A DNA stretch of 64,000 nt, taken from the sequence record OR544955. One strand, 5' to 3'. Of this stretch, positions 38,534-48,454 are shown one piece after another. Below the pieces are notes generated by a model that saw nothing but the letters and a program-made list of their open reading frames with translations, was not told the origin of the DNA and searched no databases. The DNA comes from Escherichia phage vB_EcoP_EP32B. The first letter of the stretch is position 1; each line of letters opens with the position of its first letter. A program made the translations under genes and the position numbers.

Positions 38534-39553
38534 ATGAAAATTTTGCACTTAGGCGACTTCCATATCGGAGTCAAACAAGACGACCCATGGGTTCAAGATA
38601 TTCAACGTGATGGTATTCGTCAAGCAATTGAATACTCTAAGAAACACGGGATTAAAACTTGGATTCAGTACGGTGATTGGTTTGACGTCCGTAAAGCAAT
38701 AACGCATCGTACAATGGAATTCAATCGTGAAATCGTTGATATGATTTCTAAAGCAGGCATTCACGTTCATGTCACGATAGGAAACCATGACATGGCGTTT
38801 AAGAATACAATAACACCTAACACTGTTTCTGAATTGTTAACTCAATTTGAAAACTTTACTATTTACGAACATCCAACTACTGTAGATTTTGACGGATGTC
38901 TGATTGATATCGTTCCATGGATGTGTGAAGAAAATACAGGTGAAATCTTAGAGCACATCAAGACTTCTTCTGCGGCGTATTGTGTTGGTCACTGGGAACT
39001 GAACGGCTTCTATTTCTATAAAGGAATGAAGTCTCATGGGCTTGAACCTGATTTCTTAAAGACCTATAAACAAGTTTGGTCCGGCCACTTCCACACAATC
39101 TCTGAAGCTGCTAACGTCAAATATATTGGAACACCGTGGACCCTTACTGCAGGCGATGAGAACGATCCTCGCGGATTCTGGGTATTTGACACTGATGTTG
39201 AACGTATGGAATTTATTCCTAATGAAACAACATGGCATCGACGAATCACTTATCCATTTAAAGGCAAAATCAATTATTCTGATTATACTAATCTAGCCGT
39301 ACGTGTTATAGTATCAGAAATTGATTCAGAGTTGACTAAGTTTGAATCTGAACTTGAAAAAGTAGTTCACTCTCTTCGTATGGTTTCTAAAGTTGATAAC
39401 AGTGTTGAATCTGATGACGACCAGGAAATCGAGATTAAATCACTTCAAGATATCATTAAAGAATATATTGACGCGATTCCGGATATCTCAGACGAAGACA
39501 GAGAAGCGCTGGTCAAATATTCAAACGAACTTTATATTGAGGCAACACAATGA
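38534..39553 (+). CDS. 47: recombination nuclease subunit gp47 (Mre11/SbcD-like)
   Basis: 339 aa; phosphoesterase motifs LGDFHIG, GDWFD, GNHDM. Confidence 0.9.
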   Translation: MKILHLGDFHIGVKQDDPWVQDIQRDGIRQAIEYSKKHGIKTWIQYGDWFDVRKAITHRTMEFNREIVDMISKAGIHVHVTIGNHDMAFKNTITPNTVSELLTQFENFTIYEHPTTVDFDGCLIDIVPWMCEENTGEILEHIKTSSAAYCVGHWELNGFYFYKGMKSHGLEPDFLKTYKQVWSGHFHTISEAANVKYIGTPWTLTAGDENDPRGFWVFDTDVERMEFIPNETTWHRRITYPFKGKINYSDYTNLAVRVIVSEIDSELTKFESELEKVVHSLRMVSKVDNSVESDDDQEIEIKSLQDIIKEYIDAIPDISDEDREALVKYSNELYIEATQ

Positions 39554-39807
39554 CTTTAGATGAATTTAACAATGCCGGGCTTGGGCTTGAAGTTGAAATA
39601 GACGTTAAAGATGATGATGGATTCGAGAACACTATTAAGTATTGGATTGAGCCATTACGCGTTGAAGGCAATGAAGTTAAAGCCGTTCATGTCTGTACCG
39701 ACTGGGCTATTGAATTTAGCTTTAATATAATGGACACTGATACTCCTGGCTCTATTCTTAAAATGGCTGAAGCGTGTATTGAGGATGCGTATAATGACGA
39801 AGACTGA
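39550..39807 (+). CDS. hypothetical acidic protein (85 aa)
   Basis: ATGA overlap with gp47. Confidence 0.5.
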   Translation: MTLDEFNNAGLGLEVEIDVKDDDGFENTIKYWIEPLRVEGNEVKAVHVCTDWAIEFSFNIMDTDTPGSILKMAEACIEDAYNDED

Positions 39808-40015
39808 TTATGAAATCCATCGTCATGAATTTAGTATTGGTGACGGTTATATTGGTATAGTTTTATGAGGAGACAACTCCTCGTTTCTTTGGAACCATGT
39901 ATGTTACTTGTGAGTACGCACCAGGTGTTGTTATGTATGCAGAACTAGATGAATATTTTGCTGATAGAGATGACATGTTAAAATATGTAGAGGACTTCAT
40001 TCGAAGAGAATACAT

Positions 40016-41578
40016 ATGAAATCATTTAAATTAAATCGTGTTCGTTATCAAAACATCATGTCAGTAGGTGGGAATCCTATTGATATCCAATTAGATAAAG
40101 TCCAAAAGACATTAATCACTGGTAAAAATGGCGGTGGTAAATCTACGATGTTAGAAGCCATTACTTTCGGACTTTTCGGTAAACCATTTCGTGATGTTAA
40201 GAAAGGACAAATCATTAATAGCATGAACAAGAAAGAGCTCTTAGTTGAGCTTTGGATGGAATTCGATGATAAAAAATACTTCATTAAACGTGGCCAAAAG
40301 CCCAATATTTTCGAAATCTCCGTTGACGGTGTTCGTCTCGATGAATCTGCCAGCAGTCGTGACTTCCAAGAAGAATTTGAACGTAGCATCGGAATGTCAT
40401 ACGCGTCTTTTAAACAAATCGTTGTGCTTGGGACGGCAGGGTATACCCCTTTCATGGCTCTTAGCACCCCTGCTCGTAGAAAGCTTGTTGAAGACTTATT
40501 AGAAGTTGGCACACTCGCTGAAATGGATAAAATCAATAAGTCTCAAGTTCGCGAACTTAATTCTCAGGGACAAGTTCTTGATGCCAAGAAAGATGGTATT
40601 ATCCAACAAATTAAGATTTATAACGAGAATATCGAACGTCAAAAGAAATTATCTGGTGATAATGTAGCGCGTCTACAGAATATGTATGACGACCTAGCCA
40701 AAGAAGCTCGGTCATTAAAAGCAGAAATCGAAGAAGCTAATGAGCGACTACTTAATATCGTTCTTGATGAAGACCCTACTGAGGCATTCAACAAGATAGG
40801 ACAAGAAGCATTCTTGATTAAATCTAAAATTGACTCATATAACAAAGTTATTAAGATGTATCATGATGGCGGTACATGTCCTACTTGTGCATCACAGTTG
40901 CACCAGGGTGACCCTATTGTCTCTAAGATTACCGATAAGCTTCATGAATGTAATCACTCATTCGAGCAACTTACATGTCACAGAGATAATCTGAGTGTCC
41001 TAGTGGACGAATATAGAGCTAATGTCAAGACTAAACAGGACCTTGCATCTGATATTCGTACCAAGAAACAAGCAATGATTGCCACTATTGATAAAGCTAA
41101 GAAAGTTAAAGCTGCAATAGAACAAGCCTCAGCAGAATTTATCGACCATGCCGATGAGATAGCTTTGCTTCAAAAAGAACTTGATAAAATCATTAAAACA
41201 AAATCGGATATCGTTCTTGAAAAATACCATCGTGGTATTATCACAGATATGTTAAAAGATTCTGGTATTAAAGGTGCTATCATTAAAAAATATGTGCCTC
41301 TGTTCAACAAGCAGATTAACCATTATCTTAAAATCATGGAAGCTGATTACGTGTTTTCTATTGACGAAGAATTCAATGAATCTATAAAATCACGTGGCCG
41401 TGAAGAGTTCAGTTATGCTTCATTTAGTCAAGGCGAAAAAGCGCGTATCGATATCGCATTGTTGTTTACATGGCGAGATATTGCTGAAAAGGTCTCTGGT
41501 GTTAAAATCAACACAACGTGTTCATTATTTCTCACAGAGACCATGACCCACAAGCTTATGGACAACATCTTCAAATGA
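40016..41578 (+). CDS. 46: recombination ATPase subunit gp46 (Rad50/SbcC-like)
   Basis: 520 aa; Walker A GKNGGGKST, long coiled-coil, CPTC zinc hook. Confidence 0.9.
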   Translation: MKSFKLNRVRYQNIMSVGGNPIDIQLDKVQKTLITGKNGGGKSTMLEAITFGLFGKPFRDVKKGQIINSMNKKELLVELWMEFDDKKYFIKRGQKPNIFEISVDGVRLDESASSRDFQEEFERSIGMSYASFKQIVVLGTAGYTPFMALSTPARRKLVEDLLEVGTLAEMDKINKSQVRELNSQGQVLDAKKDGIIQQIKIYNENIERQKKLSGDNVARLQNMYDDLAKEARSLKAEIEEANERLLNIVLDEDPTEAFNKIGQEAFLIKSKIDSYNKVIKMYHDGGTCPTCASQLHQGDPIVSKITDKLHECNHSFEQLTCHRDNLSVLVDEYRANVKTKQDLASDIRTKKQAMIATIDKAKKVKAAIEQASAEFIDHADEIALLQKELDKIIKTKSDIVLEKYHRGIITDMLKDSGIKGAIIKKYVPLFNKQINHYLKIMEADYVFSIDEEFNESIKSRGREEFSYASFSQGEKARIDIALLFTWRDIAEKVSGVKINTTCSLFLTETMTHKLMDNIFK

Positions 41579-41617
41579 GCAAAGTTGGACGATTTACGGT
41601 AATGACTGTTTCATAAA

Positions 41618-41651
41618 CGCTTTAACACGATGTGGTTATAATGACCACATC
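41618..41651 (+). promoter_or_regulatory. promoter in inverted repeat
   Basis: GCTTTAAC, inverted repeat GATGTGG-TTATAAT-GACCACATC with TATAAT in the loop. Confidence 0.4.
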
Positions 41652-41670
41652 AAATTAAATGGAGAACAAC

Positions 41671-41859
41671 ATGGAGTATTCAACCGGTCAACATCTTCTT
41701 GTTGTCCCTGAAATTAAAAAATATGTTTTGACCAATACGTTTTCAGGTGAAGAACATATTGTTACTGAACAAATGCTCAAATCTGCTTTTAAAGATGAGT
41801 ATAATAAAATAATGTCTAATCGCAATTCCGCATGGACAGTTACCGACTTCTACGAATAA
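41671..41859 (+). CDS. hypothetical protein (62 aa)
   Basis: start MEYSTGQHL after GGAGAACAAC. Confidence 0.45.
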   Translation: MEYSTGQHLLVVPEIKKYVLTNTFSGEEHIVTEQMLKSAFKDEYNKIMSNRNSAWTVTDFYE

Positions 41860-41871
41860 GAGAGAAATAAT

Positions 41872-42288
41872 ATGTTTACTACTGCTAAAGGTTTTACCGC
41901 TGCTGATCTGAAAGTTACTTCTATCCGTACTGACGCTAACCCGCATAACCATAATCGTGTTCGTAAAGCATGGGTCCTGCATTGTGATGACGCAAGTGCT
42001 AAAAAGCTTCAATCTTTGCCACAAGAAACTCGTTTTATGATTTATGGTTTTATTGATAACGATGTATCTGATATGTGGATTCATTTGATGCGTAAGCACT
42101 ATAAAGATTCTATCGAAGCAGGTGCTAAAATCGTTCTTGATAAAGATGGTTCTGAGCGTCTGGAAGATTTCTACTGTGTTGATGCCGATGAACAATTAAT
42201 TGCAGCTGGCGAAATTGTTGCTTCTAAAATTCCAGAATATATTGAATCACTGCCTGAAGCTATTAAAAAGCAGATGGTTGCTGCATAA
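41872..42288 (+). CDS. rpbA: RNA polymerase binding protein RpbA (by synteny)
   Basis: 138 aa between gene 46 and gene 45 as in T4. Confidence 0.6.
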   Translation: MFTTAKGFTAADLKVTSIRTDANPHNHNRVRKAWVLHCDDASAKKLQSLPQETRFMIYGFIDNDVSDMWIHLMRKHYKDSIEAGAKIVLDKDGSERLEDFYCVDADEQLIAAGEIVASKIPEYIESLPEAIKKQMVAA

Positions 42289-42330
42289 TAAATTTGTTAT
42301 AAACTTTGAATTGTCTTGAAAGGAAATAAA

Positions 42331-43017
42331 ATGAAACTGTCTAAAGATACTATCGCTATTCTGAAAAACTTTGCCTCTATTAACTCAGGCATTCTGCTGA
42401 GTCAAGGTAAATTTATTATGACTCGTGCAGTTAATGGCACCACTTATGCGGAAGCAAATATCTCTGATGAAATTGATTTTGACGTAGCACTTTATGATTT
42501 GAATAGCTTCTTAAGCATTTTGAGTCTAGTGTCTGATGATGCTGAAATTTCAATGCACACCGATGGCAATATTAAAATTGCAGACACACGTTCCACAGTT
42601 TATTGGCCTGCCGCTGACAAGAGCACCATTGTTTTTCCTAATAAGCCAATTCAATTCCCAGTGGCTTCTGTGATTACTGAAATTAAAGCTGAAGACCTTC
42701 AACAATTGCTTCGAGTTTCACGTGGTCTTCAGATTGATACAATTGCTATTACAAATAAAGATGGTAAAATTGTTATCAACGGCTATAATAAAGTTGAAGA
42801 TTCCGGACTAACTCGTCCTAAGTATTCTTTGACTCTTACCGATTATGATGGCTCTAATAACTTTAACTTTGTAATCAATATGGCTAATATGAAAATCCAG
42901 CCAGGTAACTATAAAGTAATGTTGTGGGGAGCTGGTGATAAAGTTGCAGCTAAGTTTGAAAGCTCTCAAGTAAGTTATGTTATTGCAATGGAAGCCGATT
43001 CTACTCACGACTTCTAA
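42331..43017 (+). CDS. 45: sliding clamp gp45
   Basis: 228 aa from MKLSKDTIAILKNFASINSGILL. Confidence 0.9.
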   Translation: MKLSKDTIAILKNFASINSGILLSQGKFIMTRAVNGTTYAEANISDEIDFDVALYDLNSFLSILSLVSDDAEISMHTDGNIKIADTRSTVYWPAADKSTIVFPNKPIQFPVASVITEIKAEDLQQLLRVSRGLQIDTIAITNKDGKIVINGYNKVEDSGLTRPKYSLTLTDYDGSNNFNFVINMANMKIQPGNYKVMLWGAGDKVAAKFESSQVSYVIAMEADSTHDF

Positions 43018-43092
43018 GACAAAGATTTACGTTTAATGTGATACGATTATGGAGGAGAAATCCTCCAGTTTAATGATAATGAGGAAAATTAC

Positions 43093-44055
43093 ATGATTAC
43101 TATCAATTCCAAAGAACACATTCTAGAACAGAAATATCGTCCTTCTTCCATTGACGAATGTATTCTGCCTGCGTATGACCATGAAACATTCAAGTCTTTA
43201 GTATCTAAAGGAAAACTTCCTCATATTATTTTACACTCTCCATCTCCTGGTACCGGTAAAACCACCGTGGCAAAAGCATTATGTAATGATATCAACGCTG
43301 AAATGATGTTTGTCAACGGTTCTGATTGTAAAATTGATTTTGTACGCGGTCCGTTAACTGCATTTGCTCGTTCAGTCTCAATGGAAGGCAAGCCTAAAGT
43401 TATTGTTATTGATGAATTTGACCGTAGTGGCCTCGCCGAATCACAACGTCACCTTCGTACGTTTATGGAAGAATTCTCTAGTAACTGCTCTATTGTTATT
43501 ACTGCTAACAACATTGATGGAATTATTGAACCATTACGTAGCCGTTGTCGAGTTATAGAATTCGGTCGTCCGACTGAAGAAGATAAAATCTCGATGATGA
43601 AGAAAATGATTCATCGTATGGTTGAAATCTGTAAGAATGAAAATATCGAAATCGCTGATATGAAAGTTGTTGCAGCTCTGGTTAAAAAGAACTTCCCGGA
43701 CTTTCGTCGTACAATTGGTCAATTAGACCAGTACTCGTCTAAAGGTGTTCTTGATGCAGGTATTTTGTCTATCGTAACTAATGACCGTGGCACAGTCTCT
43801 GATGTTATCGAAGCAATGAAGAACAAAGATATCAAACAACTTCGTGCATTAGCTCCAAAATATGCTGCAGATTATTCATGGTTCATCGATAAATTAGTTT
43901 CAGAATGTTATGACCAAGTTGCACCTGGTAAAAGTATTATTTCGCTTTATGAAATTGCAGGCGAAAATAATAAGTTTCATGGATTAGCAAGTAATATTGA
44001 ATTACATGTTATGTATATGCTTCTTCAACTGACCTGCGAACTGACTTGGAAATAA
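43093..44055 (+). CDS. 44: clamp loader large subunit gp44
   Basis: [22 protein letters not shown], Walker [11 protein letters not shown], motif VIVIDEFDR. Confidence 0.95.
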   Translation: MITINSKEHILEQKYRPSSIDECILPAYDHETFKSLVSKGKLPHIILHSPSPGTGKTTVAKALCNDINAEMMFVNGSDCKIDFVRGPLTAFARSVSMEGKPKVIVIDEFDRSGLAESQRHLRTFMEEFSSNCSIVITANNIDGIIEPLRSRCRVIEFGRPTEEDKISMMKKMIHRMVEICKNENIEIADMKVVAALVKKNFPDFRRTIGQLDQYSSKGVLDAGILSIVTNDRGTVSDVIEAMKNKDIKQLRALAPKYAADYSWFIDKLVSECYDQVAPGKSIISLYEIAGENNKFHGLASNIELHVMYMLLQLTCELTWK

Positions 44056-44056
44056 T

Positions 44057-44620
44057 ATGAACTTATTTGATGATGACGTCCGGCTTAACGAGCACCAAAT
44101 TGCATGGAAGTCTAATGACGCTGATGCGATTCAAAAATGTGCTGACATGTTTAAAGAAAAACCTGAGAATGAATTCTTTAAAATCATTAATGCTATTAAT
44201 GAAAAGAAATCTATGTCAATTGCTCAGGTCGACTACTCAAAATTTATGGTTGAGAACTCATTATCACAGTTCCCGGAATGTATGCCAGCTGTTTACATGA
44301 TGAACTTAGTCGGTTCTGAATTAAGTGATGAAGCGCACTTCAACTATATGATGGCGGCAATTCCGCATGGTCGTCGATTCTCTAAATGGGCTAAACTAGT
44401 CGAAGACACTTCAGAGTTACTAGTTATCAAACTGTTGATGAAACGTTACACAATCAACATGAATGATGCTACCGAGTATAAGCGGCTCCTTGAAAAAAAT
44501 AACAAGCTGCCAATAGTCCTTAAAGAACTGAAGGCCATGGTCACTGATGAGTTTCTCAAAGAAGTTACAAAAAATGTGAAAGAACAAAAACAATTTAAAA
44601 AATTAGCATTGGAATGGTAA
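44057..44620 (+). CDS. 62: clamp loader small subunit gp62
   Basis: 187 aa directly downstream of gene 44. Confidence 0.85.
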   Translation: MNLFDDDVRLNEHQIAWKSNDADAIQKCADMFKEKPENEFFKIINAINEKKSMSIAQVDYSKFMVENSLSQFPECMPAVYMMNLVGSELSDEAHFNYMMAAIPHGRRFSKWAKLVEDTSELLVIKLLMKRYTINMNDATEYKRLLEKNNKLPIVLKELKAMVTDEFLKEVTKNVKEQKQFKKLALEW

Positions 44621-44622
44621 AA

Positions 44623-44991
44623 ATGATCGAAATTAAATTGAAGAACCCCGAAGATTTTCTTAAAGTCAAAGAGACTCTGACCCGTATGGGCATCGCTAAT
44701 AACAAGGATAAAGTTCTTTATCAGTCCTGTCATATCCTCCAAAAGCAAGGTAAATATTACATCGTCCACTTTAAAGAAATGTTGCGTATGGACGGGCGTC
44801 AAGTTGATATTGATGGTGAAGACTACCAACGACGTGATTCGATTGCCCAGTTGCTTGAAGACTGGGGATTGATTGCTATTGAAGACTCTGCTCGTGAAGA
44901 TCTGTTTGGCCTAACTAATAACTTCCGTGTTATCTCTTTTAAACAGAAAGATGACTGGACTTTGAAAGCAAAATATACAATTGGTAATTAA
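44623..44991 (+). CDS. regA: translational repressor RegA
   Basis: MIEIKLKNPEDFLKVKETLTRMGIANNKDKVLYQSCHILQKQGKYYIVHFKEM, matches recalled T4 RegA. Confidence 0.9.
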   Translation: MIEIKLKNPEDFLKVKETLTRMGIANNKDKVLYQSCHILQKQGKYYIVHFKEMLRMDGRQVDIDGEDYQRRDSIAQLLEDWGLIAIEDSAREDLFGLTNNFRVISFKQKDDWTLKAKYTIGN

Positions 44992-44997
44992 AGCAAT

Positions 44998-45011
44998 GGG
45001 ACTTCGGTCCC
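44998..45011 (+). other. UUCG-tetraloop RNA hairpin between regA and gene 43
   Basis: GGGAC-TTCG-GTCCC with no following T-run; possible gene 43 operator or RNA stability element. Confidence 0.4.
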
Positions 45012-45072
45012 ATTTGGAGTATAATAAGTTCATCAACAAACAAAAGACAATAACTCGTCTAAAGGAAATTAA

Positions 45073-47757
45073 ATGAAAGAATTTTACTTAACGGTTGAAC
45101 AGATTGGTGATTCAATTTTTGAACGTTACATCGATTCTAATGGCCGTGAACGTACTCGTGAAGTAGAATATAAACCATCACTGTTTGCTCATTGTCCAGA
45201 AAGTCAGGCTACGAAATATTTCGATATCTACGGTAAGCCGTGTACTCGTAAGTTGTTCGCTAATATGCGTGATGCCTCCCAATGGATTAAACGTATGGAA
45301 GATATCGGACTTGAAGCACTTGGCATGGACGATTTCAAATTGGCGTATTTGTCTGACACTTATAACTATGAAATCAAATACGACCATACAAAAATTCGTG
45401 TGGCTAACTTCGACATCGAAGTAACATCTCCGGACGGGTTCCCTGAGCCGTCACAAGCAAAACATCCGATTGATGCTATCACCCATTATGACTCAATTGA
45501 CGACAGGTTCTACGTATTTGATCTATTGAATTCTCCATATGGTAATGTAGAAGAATGGTCTATCGAAATTGCAGCTAAGCTTCAAGAACAAGGTGGTGAT
45601 GAAGTTCCATCCGAAATTATCGATAAAATCATTTATATGCCGTTCGATAACGAAAAAGAATTGTTGATGGAATATCTCAACTTCTGGCAACAGAAAACTC
45701 CTGTCATTTTGACTGGATGGAACGTTGAGTCATTTGATATTCCATATGTGTATAACCGAATCAAGAATATTTTTGGCGAATCTACTGCGAAACGTTTATC
45801 ACCACATCGTAAAACTCGTGTTAAAGTTATCGAAAACATGTATGGTTCTCGTGAAATCATTACATTGTTCGGTATCTCTGTTCTTGATTATATTGACCTT
45901 TACAAAAAATTCTCTTTTACCAATCAACCGTCGTATTCTCTGGATTACATTTCAGAATTTGAATTGAACGTTGGTAAACTGAAATACGACGGTCCTATTT
46001 CTAAACTTCGTTATAACATCATCGACGTATATCGTGTATTGCAAATTGATGCTAAACGCCAGTTCATTAACTTGAGTTTGGACATGGGTTATTATGCTAA
46101 GATACAGATTCAATCTGTGTTTAGCCCAATTAAAACATGGGATGCTATTATTTTTAATAGCCTTAAAGAACAAAACAAGGTGATTCCACAAGGTCGTTCG
46201 CATCCAGTTCAACCTTACCCGGGTGCTTTTGTTAAGGAACCTATTCCAAATCGATACAAATATGTAATGAGTTTCGACCTTACATCTCTGTATCCAAGTA
46301 TTATTCGCCAAGTGAATATTAGCCCGGAAACAATAGCAGGAACGTTTAAAGTAGCTCCACTGCATGATTATATTAACGCAATCGCTGAACGTCCTTCAGA
46401 TGTGTACAGTTGCTCTCCTAACGGCATGATGTATTATAAAGACCGTGACGGTGTTGTTCCAACTGAAATCACTAAGGTCTTTAATCAACGTAAAGAACAT
46501 AAAGGTTATATGCTTGCAGCTCAACGTAATGGTGAAATAATTAAAGAGGCATTGCATAATCCTAATCTTTCTGTTGACGAACCATTAGATGTTGATTATC
46601 GTTTCGACTTCAGCGATGAGATTAAAGAAAAGATTAAAAAGTTGTCTGCTAAATCTCTTAATGAAATGTTGTTTAGAGCTCAACGTACTGAAGTTGCAGG
46701 TATGACTGCACAGATTAACCGTAAATTGCTTATCAACTCACTTTATGGTGCACTTGGAAACGTTTGGTTCCGTTATTATGATTTGCGTAATGCTACTGCA
46801 ATCACAACATTCGGACAAATGGCTTTACAGTGGATTGAACGTAAAGTTAATGAATATCTGAATGAAGTTTGCGGTACAGAAGGTGAAGCTTTCGTTCTTT
46901 ATGGTGATACAGACTCTATTTACGTATCTGCTGATAAAATTATCGATAAGGTTGGTGAATCTAAATTCCGTGATACCAACCATTGGGTAGACTTCTTAGA
47001 TAAGTTCGCTCGTGAACGTATGGAACCTGCTATTGATAGAGGTTTCCGTGAAATGTGCGAATACATGAATAATAAGCAACATTTGATGTTCATGGACCGA
47101 GAAGCTATCGCTGGTCCTCCGCTCGGTTCTAAAGGTATTGGTGGATTTTGGACTGGTAAGAAACGTTATGCATTAAACGTGTGGGATATGGAAGGTACTC
47201 GTTACGCTGAGCCTAAACTCAAAATCATGGGTCTAGAGACTCAGAAATCTTCGACACCTAAAGCAGTACAGAAAGCTCTTAAAGAATGTATTCGTCGTAT
47301 GCTTCAAGAAGGTGAAGAATCATTACAAGAATATTTTAAAGAGTTTGAAAAAGAATTCCGTCAATTGAATTATATTAGCATCGCGTCGGTATCTTCTGCG
47401 AATAACATTGCTAAATATGATGTCGGTGGATTCCCTGGCCCCAAATGTCCGTTCCATATTCGTGGAATTCTGACATATAACCGAGCTATCAAAGGTAATA
47501 TCGATGCACCGCAAGTTGTAGAAGGTGAAAAAGTATATGTTCTGCCTTTACGTGAAGGAAACCCATTCGGTGATAAATGTATCGCATGGCCTTCTGGTAC
47601 GGAAATCACTGATTTAATCAAAGATGATGTACTTCATTGGATGGACTACACGGTTCTCCTTGAGAAGACATTTATTAAACCACTTGAAGGATTCACATCA
47701 GCAGCTAAACTCGATTACGAGAAGAAAGCATCTCTGTTCGATATGTTTGATTTTTGA
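45073..47757 (+). CDS. 43: DNA polymerase gp43 (family B)
   Basis: 894 aa; exonuclease motif FDIEV, polymerase motifs DxxSLYPS and YGDTDS. Confidence 0.95.
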   Translation: MKEFYLTVEQIGDSIFERYIDSNGRERTREVEYKPSLFAHCPESQATKYFDIYGKPCTRKLFANMRDASQWIKRMEDIGLEALGMDDFKLAYLSDTYNYEIKYDHTKIRVANFDIEVTSPDGFPEPSQAKHPIDAITHYDSIDDRFYVFDLLNSPYGNVEEWSIEIAAKLQEQGGDEVPSEIIDKIIYMPFDNEKELLMEYLNFWQQKTPVILTGWNVESFDIPYVYNRIKNIFGESTAKRLSPHRKTRVKVIENMYGSREIITLFGISVLDYIDLYKKFSFTNQPSYSLDYISEFELNVGKLKYDGPISKLRYNIIDVYRVLQIDAKRQFINLSLDMGYYAKIQIQSVFSPIKTWDAIIFNSLKEQNKVIPQGRSHPVQPYPGAFVKEPIPNRYKYVMSFDLTSLYPSIIRQVNISPETIAGTFKVAPLHDYINAIAERPSDVYSCSPNGMMYYKDRDGVVPTEITKVFNQRKEHKGYMLAAQRNGEIIKEALHNPNLSVDEPLDVDYRFDFSDEIKEKIKKLSAKSLNEMLFRAQRTEVAGMTAQINRKLLINSLYGALGNVWFRYYDLRNATAITTFGQMALQWIERKVNEYLNEVCGTEGEAFVLYGDTDSIYVSADKIIDKVGESKFRDTNHWVDFLDKFARERMEPAIDRGFREMCEYMNNKQHLMFMDREAIAGPPLGSKGIGGFWTGKKRYALNVWDMEGTRYAEPKLKIMGLETQKSSTPKAVQKALKECIRRMLQEGEESLQEYFKEFEKEFRQLNYISIASVSSANNIAKYDVGGFPGPKCPFHIRGILTYNRAIKGNIDAPQVVEGEKVYVLPLREGNPFGDKCIAWPSGTEITDLIKDDVLHWMDYTVLLEKTFIKPLEGFTSAAKLDYEKKASLFDMFDF

Positions 47758-47797
47758 TATAATGCCAAGGACGGCCAACTAATTAAATGAGAGAAAT

Positions 47798-48273
47798 ATG
47801 AAAACTACTCCTATTACTATCGCTATTGACGCAATCATAAAACAAGCTTCTTCTTTGGCCGCTATGGCCAAAGTAATTAGTCAAAACCCTGCTCGTTATA
47901 ATGCTATTCTAGAAACTCTTCGACGCCCTGGACTGAGTAATTATGAAAGTCGTGTAATTATTACAGGTGTTGGTAAGAACGCTAATATCGCAACTAAAGC
48001 TTCCGAGACATTTGCTTCACTCGGTATCCCGAGTATGTACTTGAACACTGGGCATTATTCTCACGGTGATGCAGGATTCATTGCGCCTAATGAGGCATCG
48101 CGGTAGAGGTTGATGAGAATTCTCTGGCTCCGACAATGTCTACTACATTGTTGTTAGCGCTTATCGATACGTTCGCTATCAACCTTTCGTCTGAACGTGG
48201 ATTTACCTCTAATGATTTCCTTAAGTTCCATCCAGGCGGTGCACTAGGTGCCATGTTACGAGGCGAACAATGA
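47798..48273 (+). pseudogene. SIS-domain sugar-phosphate isomerase (arabinose-5-phosphate isomerase KdsD/GutQ-like), disrupted
   Basis: N-terminal fragment RVIITGVGKNANIATKASETFASLGIPSMYLNTGHYSHGDAGFI stops at 48106; a different frame encodes the SIS C-terminus LAPTMSTTLLLALIDTFAINL...FHPGGALGAMLRG; central segment missing. Confidence 0.6.
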
Positions 48274-48413
48274 AAGCAATAACAATAGGACTTTTACTAT
48301 TGATGCTTGTCATGACTATCTACTGGAGCTTAACGGCTCCGGTAATGATTCCAACACTTGTAATTGGATGGATTATGATTGGACTACAAGCAAAGTATGA
48401 ATGCTTTAACTAG
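48270..48413 (+). CDS. small hydrophobic membrane peptide (47 aa)
   Basis: MKAITIGLLLLMLVMTIYWSLTAPVMIPTLVIGWIMIGL; ATGA overlap; below track cutoff. Confidence 0.35.
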   Translation: MKAITIGLLLLMLVMTIYWSLTAPVMIPTLVIGWIMIGLQAKYECFN

Positions 48414-48454
48414 AATAGTGTACAATACACCTACTTACCAATGAGGACTTCAAC

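Noticed and set aside
40048-40536. 162-aa minus-strand ORF inside gene 46
   Set aside because: Antisense to a conserved Rad50-like ATPase gene; no start context; composition artefact.
45952-46365. 137-aa minus-strand ORF inside DNA polymerase gene 43
   Set aside because: Antisense shadow ORF within a conserved gene.
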